Shown piece after piece: positions 40,547 through 54,431 of a stretch of DNA of 64,000 nucleotides. The notes beneath the pieces were generated by a model. That model searched no databases. It was not told where the DNA came from and worked only from the letters and a program-made list of their open reading frames with translations. This DNA is from Eledone cirrhosa (taxonomy: Eukaryota). Within the stretch, counting starts at the first letter, position 1. Each line of letters begins with the position of its first letter. A program made the position numbers and the translations under genes. Location: contig OZ024741.1 in the NCBI GenBank assembly GCA_964016885.1, positions 155,310,001-155,374,000 on the forward strand, given 5' to 3'.

Positions 40547-40659
40547 GGTATTCTGAAGATTTGGTCAGAGGTAAATAATGTAATGGAGATCGGGTGACGC
40601 AACTTCGAGCGATTAGCGGCCTCTAGACTCACCTGATCAATGAAACAATTGTCAATACT
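40547..40659 (+). ncRNA. Type I hammerhead, long stem II, inside ~42-bp inverted arms
   Basis: GGTATT-CTGAAGA-TTTGGTCAG...CTGATCAAT-GAAAC-AATT-GTC/AATACT; arms 40496-40537 and 40672-40715. Confidence 0.8.
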
Positions 40660-40917
40660 TGAAATAAAGCCCCTTGTTGTACAGCCAACCATGTTACTCT
40701 TCATTCTTTTACTATATATATATATATACACATACATGCATATATATTAACAAGTATGTTTTGAGGGTTCCAAACCCCACTATCAGGCTAAAATTTCTTT
40801 AGTAAAAAATACAGGGAAAGCTTCTATTTCTAATATGTATATACACACATATACACGTAATCGAAATAATCAATAATAAAGGACTTTAACATCTGAAACT
40901 ACTTCGCATTTTCTTAT

Positions 40918-41043
<126 letters not shown>

Positions 41044-41237
41044 TAAATATATATATATATAGAGAGAGAGAGAACAGGTAGGTTGAGATATAAAAAGAGA
41101 CTGTTATATAGGCAAACAGATTGGTAGACGTATAAATAGACAGAAAAAAAATAGATAGATGGACAGACATATGAAGAGGGGCAGACAAATTGACGAATAG
41201 ACAATTAGATAGATAAATATATAGACAGATAGATAAG

Positions 41238-41277
<40 letters not shown>

Positions 41278-41307
41278 ACGATAGATATATAGATATATAG
41301 ATAGATA

Positions 41308-44300
41308 ACTTTCTTTTTATTTGCCACCAGGGCATCAAAAAGTGGGACAAGTACAATGGGGGGAGTTTACATAAAAAGGCGTCCTCAATAAGGAGGAGGC
41401 AATAACAAGATATAAAAATAAAATAAAATATAACAAAAATAAATTTAATAACAAAATCCTCAATAGGGAAGAGGCGCCTTGGGGGGGGGGGTCACACACC
41501 CTCCCCGAAAAAAAGTGTGCAACCCTTCTCCTCAGGAGCACAGATAGGGGGTACTCCCTTGATCTTTCATATTCCTCACCTATAGTCTGATGTAGAGTGA
41601 AGGCCCATTCACACGGGCCATTCTCGCCACGTTCATCCATCTTTCATAAAAACGGCTGCGGTGCAGCACCTCTCTCTCCATCTTGATCCTTCTTCCGAAA
41701 TGATATCGGAAGAAACGGACCAGTTGTTGGCCAGAGAGAAAGGTGTCTGACCTCAGTCTTTTCAGACGCGTCCACCATACAACCTCTTTCGCCATGGCTA
41801 TTACGCACAGAAACACCGCCTCACCTTCGTTTTTGAAGAGGGGAGGCGGCTTGATCGTTAGAATAGACTCGGTGGTCAACCGGATCGGTCCCACCCTTGA
41901 CAGCAGTTGTTCGACATAGCCCCACAGATCGGCAATGACCGAGCAGTGTACCAATGCGTGTGCAACGGTTTCCTCGTCGCACACGCATCTGGGACAGATC
42001 TTTTTCGAGGGGTCCCTACCCGGGCGCCTGTGTCTGTAGAGCCTTTTTTGAGCGGACAGAGCCCCTCGGTAGCACTGCCAGGCCAGGGACCTCTGGAAGT
42101 TATCCATGGGTCCCGGGCTGAATGTCCTACCGAATAGGTTGGCCAGTTCGTCTTCCTCCATGCCTAGGACTTCTCCGAGGGCGCCGTCGCACCTGCTAAC
42201 CACCAACCCTCTATAGAATGACGAGGTGGATTCTCCACTGACAGCCGGGTCCGCCTGCCAGAGAGCTGTGAGGGCCTGGGCACACTCGGTGTGCCAGGCA
42301 CCCAGTTTTCTCGGTCTTTGCTTGACCCAGGATTGCAGCTCAGTGAGCGAGACGAGTCTGGGAAAGGCTCGCCTCACAAACGGGGCCCACATCGGTTGAC
42401 TGGTGAGGAATACATGGAGGTGCCGTAGCCTTAATGCGTGTTTATGTATCATTAGCCACGGCATCCCCAGCCCTCCTTTCGAAGGGTGTTGGCAGCAGAT
42501 GGATCTCCTCACCATAGGAGCCCGCTTCTTCCAAAGGTATTGGAAGAGTGCGCGCTCCATTTTGGCGAGCGTTTCCCTTGGGCAAGACACAACGGTCAGG
42601 CGGTAGTAGATGACGGACGCTCTAAAAGTGTTCGCCACCTCCGCCCGGCCTTTCAGGGACAGTTTGCACTCGGCCCACTTCTGGGTCAGTGCAAACACCC
42701 TGTTCGTTACCTCACTCCAGTTCTTCTCCACCTGGAGGTCTGGTCCGAACCAGACCCCGAGCAACTTCACCGGGCCCTCCGTCCAGCGCCCGACGACGCC
42801 ATCGGAGGGCATTGATCTGCCCCTCCACGTGCCGAGCTGCAGACCGATCGACTTTTCCCGGTTCTACTTAGCCCCTGTAAACCTTTCGTACTCCTCCAGT
42901 AAGGAGCCAATCGCCCCGATTTCCGAGGCCGTCGACACCATTACTGTTACGTCATCGGCGTAGGCCGACACCGCTTTCCGCAATCCCGGTTCCAACGGGA
43001 TACCCTGCAACAACTCCAACTTACGCAGCAGTGGTTCTAGAGTCATTACATACAGAAGGGAGGAGAGAGGACACCCTTGTCGGATGGACCGCGCGATTTC
43101 GAACGGCTCCGAGAGGTAGCCGTTCACCTTGACCCTAGAGCAGATGCGGCTGCTGTGCATGGCATTGATCCAGCCCCTGAAAACGGGTCCGAAGCCTGCC
43201 GCCACTAGCACCGCATCCAAGTAACCATGGTCGACCCTATCGAACGCCTTAGATTGATCCAAGTTGATCAGGGCGCCACCGAAGCCGGGTTCGTTCCCAA
43301 CCCTCTCTATGATATATCGCATGAGGTGGAGGTTGTCGTGGATGGACCTGGATAGCACATGTCTGCGCATCTCCCACCAGGTTGCCCACGACAAGCGCCA
43401 ACCTCTTTGCTAGCACCTCGGCCAAAATCTGTAACTCTGTATTTAGTAGAGTTATGGGCCTGAAATTATTTATATCGTCCCTCTTGTTCTCGTCCTTCCT
43501 CACTAGCGTGACTACGCCCTTGGTCACAGCACAGGGAATTCTCCCGTTCTGTTGCCAGTTGCAGTAGACCGCCTCGAGGAGATCGGGGAACAAGTCCGGC
43601 ATAGCTAGATATAGTTCGTATGGAAGACCATTGAGACCCGGGGATTTGCGTTTGCCGCATTGGCTCATCACGTCCTCTATCTCAGCGGCTGAAATCGGCT
43701 CCTCGCAGGACTTCGCCTCCCTGTCCGAGAGACGCGGCAGGCCGTCGAGGTATGGACCGAAGTCCACTTCCCCAACCGGCTCTCTGCCCCTTCCGAACAA
43801 TCTGGCAAAGTGCTTTTGAAAAGCCTCGCACATCTGCTTAGGTTCAAGGATCACCCGTCCCATCCTGGTATCGCAAAGACAGGATAGTGGATCTACTCCC
43901 TCTTTTGGCTTCTGTCACGCGGGCCCATCTAACAGCTTCGGTCCCCTCGTTTCCCAGAGTACGTATTTTGCTTCGGACGATGCAGCCAGGGCCGTTCTCG
44001 ACGCTAGCACTCTGGCCACGTCGCCGCTTCTAATTGCCTCTTCTACACTATCTACCAACTCCCTTTCCTTCCTATTTCTATTTGAGGCTAACTCCTTACT
44101 AAATTCTATGGAGACTACTCTAATCTCTCTTTTGAGAGATCCCCACCACCTGCTGTTGACGATGGCGCCCATCAACCGCTCCTTAACTAAAGTGCTAATC
44201 CGGTCCCTGTAAGCCTTACTTGCCGGTAAGGACAAGTTGAGCTTCCAGTAACCGGGTCCCTGTCTATGCGTTCTGTCAAGGTTGACCATGCAGGTCACTA

Positions 44301-44475
44301 ACTTGTGGTCTGAATAACCAACCATGCGCATTTTTGGACAACTTAAAAAGTCCTTATCCTTAATTCTAACTAAGAACCTATCTAGATACGACCTAGATGA
44401 TCCGCTGCGGTTTGCCCAGGTTGACGGAGTCGGAAAATCTAGTCGATATCTATCGGCCAGGTCAAATCGACCGAT
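41308..44475 (-). mobile_element. 5'-truncated, frameshifted Tx1/L1-clade LINE ORF2
   Basis: SDH, KSPG.NG, FRPITLLN, QGCPLS, YADD, zf-RVT; adjoins (GATA)n. Confidence 0.93.
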
Positions 44476-44595
44476 TAACCCTTTCTTTTAACCTCGTCCA
44501 CCATACAACCCCTTTCGTCATAACTATCAGGTAGATAGATAGATAGATAGATTTCTTTATTAGCCACAAGGGCGCAACAAGAAAGGGGACAATAC

Positions 44596-44661
<66 letters not shown>

Positions 44662-45105
44662 GTGTGCATGAACTATTCTAGATCCAATTTTAAATACACA
44701 ATATATAGATTAAGTCGGTGAAGATTACAAAATATGGCTGAACAGAATATATGTGTCCTCGGTAACCTTGACAACTTAGTCGCTTTGATAACTTACTTGT
44801 CCACAAGAAGATCTGGTGGTGATAAGGAAAACTCCGAATGTCTCAAGGTGGGAAACAGTGGTAGTCGTTATTGATTATGCATGTAGGAATCCGTAACTCC
44901 TGATGGAGTCGTAGGGGCACCGTAGTGACATACATGGGCTCTTGAAACCTGGTAGAATCAATCCCCTCTTCAAGTGTGAACACAGTCGATTTCTTCCAGA
45001 GAAAGAGAAACATATGGACTAGTAGTGATTTAAGCGACCTTGGAAAGATGAAAAGGGTCGTTGACCAAGGTGGGATTTGAACACAGAGTACAGAGAATTG
45101 GAAGG

Positions 45106-45153
<48 letters not shown>

Positions 45154-45157
<4 letters not shown>

Positions 45158-45507
45158 GAACAAAGAATCAGTGTTGCATAATATACATATTTAATTGCAT
45201 ATTATATATGTTTCACTGTCGATCAGCTCAAGGAACGATCTATTAATGATCGAACCAGACACTATGGAATCGCGAGTCTCCATGTTAACACATATCTGAA
45301 GAGTGTCCGATTCCAGAGTCAGGTTCAATCATTAATCGATCGTTCCTCAAGCTGATCAACAGTGAAACATATGTAATATGTAATTAAATATGTATATGAT
45401 GCAACACTGATTCTTTGTTCCCTTATATATTAATACTCTGATCCCCAAGAACATCGAGTGCTCATACGGCATACCACCTATGGACGCAATTAACTTGCAC
45501 CTTAATA

Positions 45508-45510
<3 letters not shown>
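45154..45510 (+). mobile_element. Fold-back element with hammerhead at 45290-45381
   Basis: Arms 45154-45272 and 45308-45425; ACATAT-CTGAAGA...GAAAC-ATAT-GTA/ATATGT. Confidence 0.8.
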
Positions 45511-45574
<64 letters not shown>

Positions 45575-45585
<11 letters not shown>

Positions 45586-46302
45586 AAGAATCAAAGAACT
45601 GTTCAAAACATTATTGTGCTTACAGCTGTTTCCTCCAAACCGAGGTTTGGATTCTTCGGAGCAATTTATTAATGAATGGACAGTTATATGACCTCCTTTT
45701 CAGCCAAGAGACATACCGATACATATGCAAATATTGTGGGTCAACATTCATTACAGAATTTAGAGTGGCAGTATACACTTCGAGATTACATTTATATTAA
45801 TAGGTACAATCAAAAATCAAAAATACAGGTTAAAATACAACATGGAGATAAGCGGTTATATAGTGCAAATGTTATATGTGTGGCACGCATGTGCGTCTTG
45901 TTTATATAGTGTGGCAGAGAGATAGGTGTAGTAGAGGCACTTAGGTAGGTAAACAAGAGTGTTAGGTTGGTTGATCTGGTGGCAAATTCTTTATATGATT
46001 GATATAGTCTGTGTGTGGAGAAATGATATAAGCATTAAAAATATTTTTAATGCTTATAATTTTTAATGCTTATATCAGGAAACAGCTGTAAGCACAATAA
46101 TGTTTTGAACAGTTCTTTGATTCTTATATTTCATATAACTGCTCTGTAAATCATCTGATGTTTTTACATTGAGCTACTTAACTTACTGGTAATAAGGTAG
46201 TAATACATTACTGCCTACCACTATTTAGGGTTTGTATAAAAAATACATATAACTGCATAAGGTTTTTGTATTTACATAACCATAAATAGTATAATTAATA
46301 CT
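45575..46302. mobile_element. Fold-back element with CCGAAGA-core hammerhead at 45617-45663 (minus)
   Basis: Arms 45575-45633 and 46078-46137; TGCT-CCGAAGA-stem-GAAAC-AGCT-GTA/AGCA. Confidence 0.75.
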
Positions 46303-46417
46303 ATATATATATATATATACAGTGACTGACTGGCCTGATTTGCATATTAGCAGTCACTGTATATTTTAGAAAATATCATATATTTTCACTAGCTCTGACA
46401 GTTGGCAGGTGAACAGT

Positions 46418-46467
46418 GAGCTGTACTGATGAAGGGTAATACCCAGAAACATTAGTGTCTGCAGTTC
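46418..46467 (+). ncRNA. Type I hammerhead ribozyme
   Basis: GAGCTGTA-CTGATGA-AGGGT AAT ACCCA-GAAAC-ATTAGT-GTC/TGCAGTTC. Confidence 0.85.
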
Positions 46468-46642
46468 TGATTACATGCCAACACAAGAGCAAGAATGAGG
46501 GGCTCATTCTACTGACATGGCTTTAAAAATGAGGCTTATTTGCATAATTGCAAACGAATCGAATATTATTATTAATATTCGAAAAACTCAGATTACATTT
46601 ATTGTATTCAGCCATGTAGAGCGATAACCTTTTATTATATAT

Positions 46643-46829
46643 GATGGAGTGGCAGTATCGGCAGAGGGTCGGACGCCATGCTTTGCAGCAAAGAGTTACG
46701 GCCCTTTATGATCTGAGTTCAAATCCCGCCGAGGTTAACTTTGCCTTTCATCCTTACGGGGTCGATAAAATAAAGTACCAGTAATGTACTGGATAATTGC
46801 TGGCCTTGTGCCTAAAGTAGAAACAATTA
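46643..46829 (+). mobile_element. SINE family A
   Basis: Full copy. Confidence 0.88.
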
Positions 46830-46943
<114 letters not shown>

Positions 46944-47277
46944 AGAAAATTAAAAAAGAGCGGTCAAGACAACGAACGAAAAACAATTTTTAAGGGAAAG
47001 CTTAAGAAAATTGTTTTAAAAAAATAAAGACTACGAACGATGGACACAGAACACCAGGGTCATCGGCGGCACAGAGAATTGGAAGGAAAACCGCAAAGGA
47101 TTCTATATGACACCTAACGACTCTGGTCGTTATACAAAACAAAACCTAGTCCATCGTTATATTTCTGTCGGTCAGTCAGTCTTTTTGTTTATCCGCCCGT
47201 CTGTCAGTCTGCCAATCACCACATTTGTCTCACTTTCGTCCACACAAACACACACACACACACACACACACATAAGC

Positions 47278-47400
<123 letters not shown>

Positions 47401-47410
47401 CGAACGCACG

Positions 47411-47449
<39 letters not shown>

Positions 47450-47813
47450 ACACACGTGTAGGCTTATTGGTAGAGTCGTTAGAACGTCGGATAGAATGTT
47501 TGCAGCATTCGTTCTGCTCTCTGTTCTCTGGCTTCAAATATCTCAGAAATCAACTTTACCTTTCATCCTTCCGAAAAAAATGTATTGGTTCAGTCCAGAA
47601 TTCAAGTCGATTCTTCCTCTACACCTCTTTCTCATCTCATATCCTTTCTATCACTCTCTCTCCTTCTCTGGAAGAAATTGGCTGTCTTCAGACCCGAAGA
47701 GGATATGGGCGTCGCAAGGTTTAAAAAATGCCGAAGAAAAGCCGTGTATCACTGCGGCACCCCTACAACTCCACGATGAGTTGCATACATACATGAACAC
47801 ACACACACGCACG

Positions 47814-47902
<89 letters not shown>

Positions 47903-48278
47903 CTATATATATCTATATGTATATACACACACATATATACATTCAAATACATGCACACACGCACGCAAAACATACATACACACAAACACATATATATGTA
48001 TATATAAAGATGTATTGCACTAACCTCTGGTGTAATTTAGTTACTTTTCTTTCGCTATAATGTTGTCTCATATATTTTGGTGACTACTTTCACCTTCCTC
48101 AGGCTATTGTAGCGTCGTTTTGTAAATGTCGTAAGTATTTTTGTTCAAATGCGAAAGAGTTCCAATAAAGACGAAAACAGAGTAAGAAATAAATTAAGAA
48201 GCAAGTATACTTAAATGACACTATAAGTTAGTGTAATAATTCTTTATCTTTTCACAGATTGAGTACTCCCTCCTCTCA

Positions 48279-48330
<52 letters not shown>

Positions 48331-48335
48331 AGTGA

Positions 48336-48377
<42 letters not shown>

Positions 48378-48521
48378 CGAAGGAAATGTGGTAAGGAACC
48401 AGGTGGACCATAACGCACCAAAGTACTCAATACTTAGGGTAGTAGAGTGGGTAATAGGAACGAGTAGTCCAGAATTAGCCGTCGAAACGGCTTGAGCTCA
48501 GCCGTCGGGGTTTTACTCGTT

Positions 48522-48607
<86 letters not shown>

Positions 48608-48612
48608 TATAT

Positions 48613-48658
<46 letters not shown>

Positions 48659-49767
48659 TGGTCGTGGTAGGTGGGAGGAAACACCCAATATAAAATTGTT
48701 AATAACCTTATAAATAATTGGTCGGTTTTCATAAAACATGTTTTATTTTGAACAGTATAAGAGTAGATATACAGTACAGTGTTAAAATCTGACATAGGTA
48801 CCAGCGTTGTCTTCCAGTGTTTGTAATCGTGACTTCATTAGGAACCCAGGCAGTATGCTGGTCAGTACCTGACAATGCGTTCTTCCAATTGAGTCAGAGG
48901 TTTTGGTTTTGAGCTATAAACTACATCTTTCGCCCACCCAACAGGAGAAAATCGCATGAAGTTTAGACAAGGCTCCTTGCTGGCCATCATGTGGACCTCT
49001 ATGATCCAGTCAATGTTCCGGAAATTGGTCATTAAGCCACCTACAGAGTGTGCATGTAAAATGAGGAGCGTCTCCGTCTTCCATTGATGTTATCTCAAGT
49101 GGTCAGAGTTACCCAAAGGTTATAAGTAATTTTGATAAGGAATTTCGTTTCACTCAACCTGCATATATATGGTTAGTTTATAATGATAATATAAAACCAT
49201 GTTTCGAGCTGGAGATAGATCGGTTTCACCATGTTTGAATTTCAAGAATTCGCCAATTATCCCTACAATGCCCTTACAAATCCATCAGAGTTAACGGCCC
49301 ATGGATTGGATGATTTTTTTCCTTAGTCTCGTGATTAGAATATTTTTAGATTTGCAGCTACATAGGTTGTACGTATGTAGTTGTTGCACGTATGTAGCCT
49401 TTGTACCAATACTAGCAGATCACAAATTGGGTATCTCATCGTTCATTTGTGGGTGTCAGTCCTATCCTGTTGTTACGGCTTACACTTATGTATGTATAGT
49501 TGCACACTTACGAAATTGTCTCTCATAAGAGGTTTCTTGGGCATTTAATGATAGGAGCTCCAGTCCTATCATGTTATTAAAGCTCACAACTTACGTAGGT
49601 TTAACCGGCTTCCTATGCGGTTGTATCTCAAATGATGTTTTTTGGGTGTTTTAATGACAGGGGCTCCATTCCTATCATACATTAGGACGGCTACATTTCA
49701 GATTAAAAATGTTCTCCATGTTTCTTAAGTAAAGCAGATGTTCACACATCTAGCTACACGTTTAAAT

Positions 49768-49970
49768 AATGCTTTCTTATATAGGCACAAGGCCAGACAT
49801 TTTGAGGGAGGGGAAAGTTGATTAAATCGACCCTAGTGCGTGACTGGTACTTTATTTTATCGACCCCGTAAGGATGAAAGGCAAAGTTAACCTCGGCCGG
49901 ATTTGAACTCAGATGGTAAAGGGACGTAACTCTTTGCGTCAAAGCATGGCGTCCGACTCTCTACTGATAC
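49768..49970 (-). mobile_element. SINE family A, longer 3' variant
   Basis: Same head and core, with extra sequence before the 3' end. Confidence 0.8.
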
Positions 49971-50342
49971 AAGAAAATTGGTGGTCGGAGATTGGTTAGT
50001 GTAATGGTTAATACATTTGCCTGGCATCCGAGGAATGTCGTGTTTGATTATACGCAGGCGTCTTTCTCCACCTTATTCCGTCTCCAGAGGTACTTTAACC
50101 GATTTTCAACTATTGTGTTGTCATTTACATTGGGACAACTACATTCCACACACACACACACACATATATATATATGAATATATACATGTATACACTGAAA
50201 ATTTGTGGTGTCGAGACCGGGGAGATCACACATCAGGGTAGTACTCTATGTATGAGAAGGAGCAGATTGGGTATAAAGGAAGGTATTAAGCCGACCGCGA
50301 CGCCTAGCGGTTTCAGCTTGTATGTAGCAATTCCTCTCAAGC

Positions 50343-50397
<55 letters not shown>

Positions 50398-50599
50398 TGA
50401 GATTCTACAGGACTAGAACTGTTTCATTTTTAGAAATCATTAGTAATTGTATTGGTTAGTATTCAGTTAATACTAACCAATACAATTACTAATTCTCATT
50501 TATTCCTAATTAAACTATTTTTCACTGTGAACAATTTGTCACCATTTTCTATTCCGTTTACCAATATATAATAACTTGTGTGTTACACCTCTATTCTTT

Positions 50600-50644
<45 letters not shown>

Positions 50645-50732
50645 ATGTATGTGTGTATATATATATATATATATATGTGTGTATGTGTGTATATATTTTA
50701 TATATATATATATGTGTATGTGTGTATATATG

Positions 50733-50788
<56 letters not shown>

Positions 50789-50854
50789 TGTATATATATG
50801 TATATATATATATATATATATGTGTGTATATATGTGTGTGTATATGTATATATG

Positions 50855-50885
<31 letters not shown>

Positions 50886-51000
50886 TCATATATATATATA
50901 TATACACGTGTGTGTATGTATGTATATATGTATGTATGTGTATATGTATATGTTAAATATATATGTATGTGTGTATATGTGTATGTGTGTCTATATATAT

Positions 51001-51384
51001 ATATAATATATAGATTTACATATACACAAACTAAACAAAGTTATAGATATATATGTGGCAACCATTCACGATGTGGTTCAATGAAGAATTAATAAATTAA
51101 ATAATCAGAGTAATATATCATAAAGTATGTCCATAGAATCATTTGATAAAATATATACACCATTCCTCTCCCAATTAGCATAATTAACCACATAAAAAAT
51201 CAATTAGACCAGGAGGGGAAATTGGGAGAGGAAATGGTGTATATATTTTATCAAATGATTCTATGGACATACTTTATGATATATTACTCTGATTATTTAA
51301 TTTATTAATTCTTCATTGAACCACATCGTGAATGGTTGCCACATATATATCTATAACTTTGTTTAGTTTGTGTATATGTAAATC

Positions 51385-51396
<12 letters not shown>
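51001..51396. repeat. ~175-bp near-perfect inverted repeat in (TA)n
   Basis: 51001-51176 vs 51220-51396. Confidence 0.9.
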
Positions 51397-51424
<28 letters not shown>

Positions 51425-51451
51425 ATATGTGCGTATATGTTTAAGTATGTG

Positions 51452-51489
<38 letters not shown>

Positions 51490-51543
51490 AGTATATATGT
51501 ATATACATATATATATGAGTGAGTGTATGTATATATATATATA

Positions 51544-51591
<48 letters not shown>

Positions 51592-52035
51592 ATGTGAATG
51601 TGTCTGTCGACACCTGGAATCTTGCTTAAGAGAACTTTGAAGATAATGATATGATAGGCACCCAATATTTTGAACTGGTTTATAGAATTCTCTTGGCCTT
51701 TGTCACTCTAAGTAGAACTTTAAAGAATTAGCTCTTAAAGAATTTCCCTTTTCTTTAAATCCATCAACCATGACCGACTCCCAACGATCTTACAGACACC
51801 TGAAATATAGGCATTGTTAGCTTAAGAGAAACTTTAAAATAAGGAGTGGCACCCCACTCTGAACTTGTTTATAGAATTCTTTCTGCCTTTGTCACTCTAA
51901 ATATAAATTAAAGCTTTAAAGAATTAGATTTTAATGAATTCCCTTTCTATCAACCAATGACCTCTACCCATCCCACTCCCCACCCTCTCCTACCACCTGA
52001 AAAGATATAAATACAACATTTATTTTTGGAAAGCC

Positions 52036-52086
52036 AGATTCCTGATGATCTCTAAAGATTGAAACAGTTCTAGTCCTGTAGAATCT
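52036..52086 (+). ncRNA. Type I hammerhead ribozyme
   Basis: AGATTC-CTGATGA-short stem II-GAAAC-AG..CT-GTA/GAATCT. Confidence 0.75.
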
Positions 52087-52168
52087 CATCTATATTAAAA
52101 CTTTTATACTCTGCTATGTATTGAGTACCTTACTTACTGTTGTTACCTCCGATTCAACCCGGAATAAC

Positions 52169-52224
<56 letters not shown>

Positions 52225-52305
52225 CACACACACGCACACACACACACATACGCACGCTCACACACACTCGCGGTTTCAGCTTGTATGTAGCAAGTCCTCT
52301 CAAGC

Positions 52306-52339
<34 letters not shown>

Positions 52340-52350
52340 CACGCACGCAC

Positions 52351-52454
<104 letters not shown>

Positions 52455-52555
52455 TCATGCTCACACACGCACGCACACACACACACACACACACACGCAC
52501 TCATGCTCACACACGCACGCACACACACACACACTCACGCACACACACACACACT

Positions 52556-52590
<35 letters not shown>

Positions 52591-52647
52591 TCATGCTCAC
52601 ACACGCACGCACACACACACACACTCACGCACACACACACACACACT

Positions 52648-52682
<35 letters not shown>

Positions 52683-52977
52683 GTTCACACACTCACACAC
52701 ACACACACAAATATATACCTATATATGTATATAGACTTTATTCTTTTACAGAATTCCTTCATAGGACTGTGACCAGATTGCGATACATCCATGAAGTGTT
52801 TTAGTTGATTCTACCAACACAGTCCTTTTTACGTTTTCACCGTAGTCCAAGTGCTAAGAACTCAGGAGAGCTGGACAGCAGAAGGTCTTCAGAGAAATAC
52901 TCCACCTCAAGCAGCTGTTTCGGCCCTTACATAAACAAACAAATGAATAAATAAATATATATATATATATATATATA

Positions 52978-53351
52978 CAATGATATTAAATAAATGGAAA
53001 CTATATTTATAAAACCATATTTATTCTATTATATATATTTCAAGGGTACAAAAATTCTGGTACGCTATCATCAGATAAAATACGAAGTGTGCTTTATAAA
53101 TTTTGGCATAATCAAAGAAAATATAACTTAACAGTTCAAGTTTTCCTTGGATTGTATTTTATCTGATGATAGCGTACCAAATTGTTGGTACCCTTGAAAT
53201 CTAAATAATAGAATAAATATGGTTTTATAACTATAGTTTCCATTTATTTAATATCATTGAATATTATACTCCAGAAAACTCGTCGAGTGCTCTGAATCAG
53301 TTATAAACATTTATATTTGTTGAATTACCAACAAATTGAATATCGCTTCTG

Positions 53352-53353
<2 letters not shown>
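52978..53353. mobile_element. Fold-back element with mirror hammerheads (53022-53082 minus, 53155-53215 plus)
   Basis: ~105-bp arms; TATTTTAT-CTGATGA..GTACC/GGTAC..GAAAT..ATA/ATAGAATA. Confidence 0.82.
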
Positions 53354-53437
<84 letters not shown>

Positions 53438-53453
53438 TATATATATATATATA

Positions 53454-53529
<76 letters not shown>

Positions 53530-53580
53530 ATTAAAATACAATATTAAATAAATGGAAAACTATATTTATAAAACCATATC

Positions 53581-53646
53581 TATTTCATTATATATATTTC
53601 GGGGATATCATATTAACAATATGCTATGCCTTCATCAGACAAAATA
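53581..53646 (-). ncRNA. Type I hammerhead in a diverged sister element (53525-53816)
   Basis: Minus strand TATTTTGT-CTGATGA..GAAAT-ATAT-ATA/ATGAAATA. Confidence 0.75.
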
Positions 53647-53814
53647 CAATATAAACAGTTTTATAGATAAATATATTCGACATACCGTTATAACACCGAC
53701 TTCATTTGAAGAGGTTTATTAATATTGTAAATATACTCCAAATATTTGTCGAGTGCTTTTATACCAGTTATAAATATTTACTAGTTGTAACCCAACAATT
53801 TTAAATATAACTTT

Positions 53815-53885
<71 letters not shown>

Positions 53886-54006
53886 TATATATATATATAG
53901 AGAGAGAGAGATATATAGATATAAATTAAGAAGAGCAGAACAAACAGACATTAAACAATTCTTTAAAAAATGAAAAAAATAATTTAAATATTTACCCGTT
54001 CATAAT

Positions 54007-54086
54007 GTTATTACCGGCGGTTTCGCTTTACAAAAGGTTAGAAATTGGGAGAATTTCTAACGGAAAAGTAAAGTTCATCAGATAGC
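54007..54086 (-). ncRNA. Type I hammerhead ribozyme
   Basis: Minus strand TAT-CTGATGA-ACTTTAC...GTAAAGC-GAAAC-CGCCG-GTA/ATA. Confidence 0.7.
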
Positions 54087-54431
54087 TATTTCCATACAGT
54101 AGGCACTAGTTCTGGTATCTCGAATTAGTACCATTGAACACCAATTATATACACACTATATATCTCTATGGGTACTTAGTACTAAGAGAGATATTTACCT
54201 CAGATAGATAGATATATTTCTTTATTTACCATAAAGGCATAACAAGAAGGGACAAATACAAAGGGGGAGTTTACATACAATCGAGTAAAAAGGGTGTAAC
54301 ATGAAAATAATCGAAAATAACCTCAAAAGGGAGGGGACGTGATGGGGGTTGCACACACCCCCGAAAAAGTGTGCAATCCTTTGCCCGGGGAGCACATGGA
54401 GAAGGTGCTCCCCTCTCCTTTACTTCTTTAC

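Noticed and set aside
44895-44959. Hammerhead-like CTGATGG..GAAAC..GTA (also 6724-6745 and 50400-50445)
   Set aside because: Core or stem I is too degraded to count.
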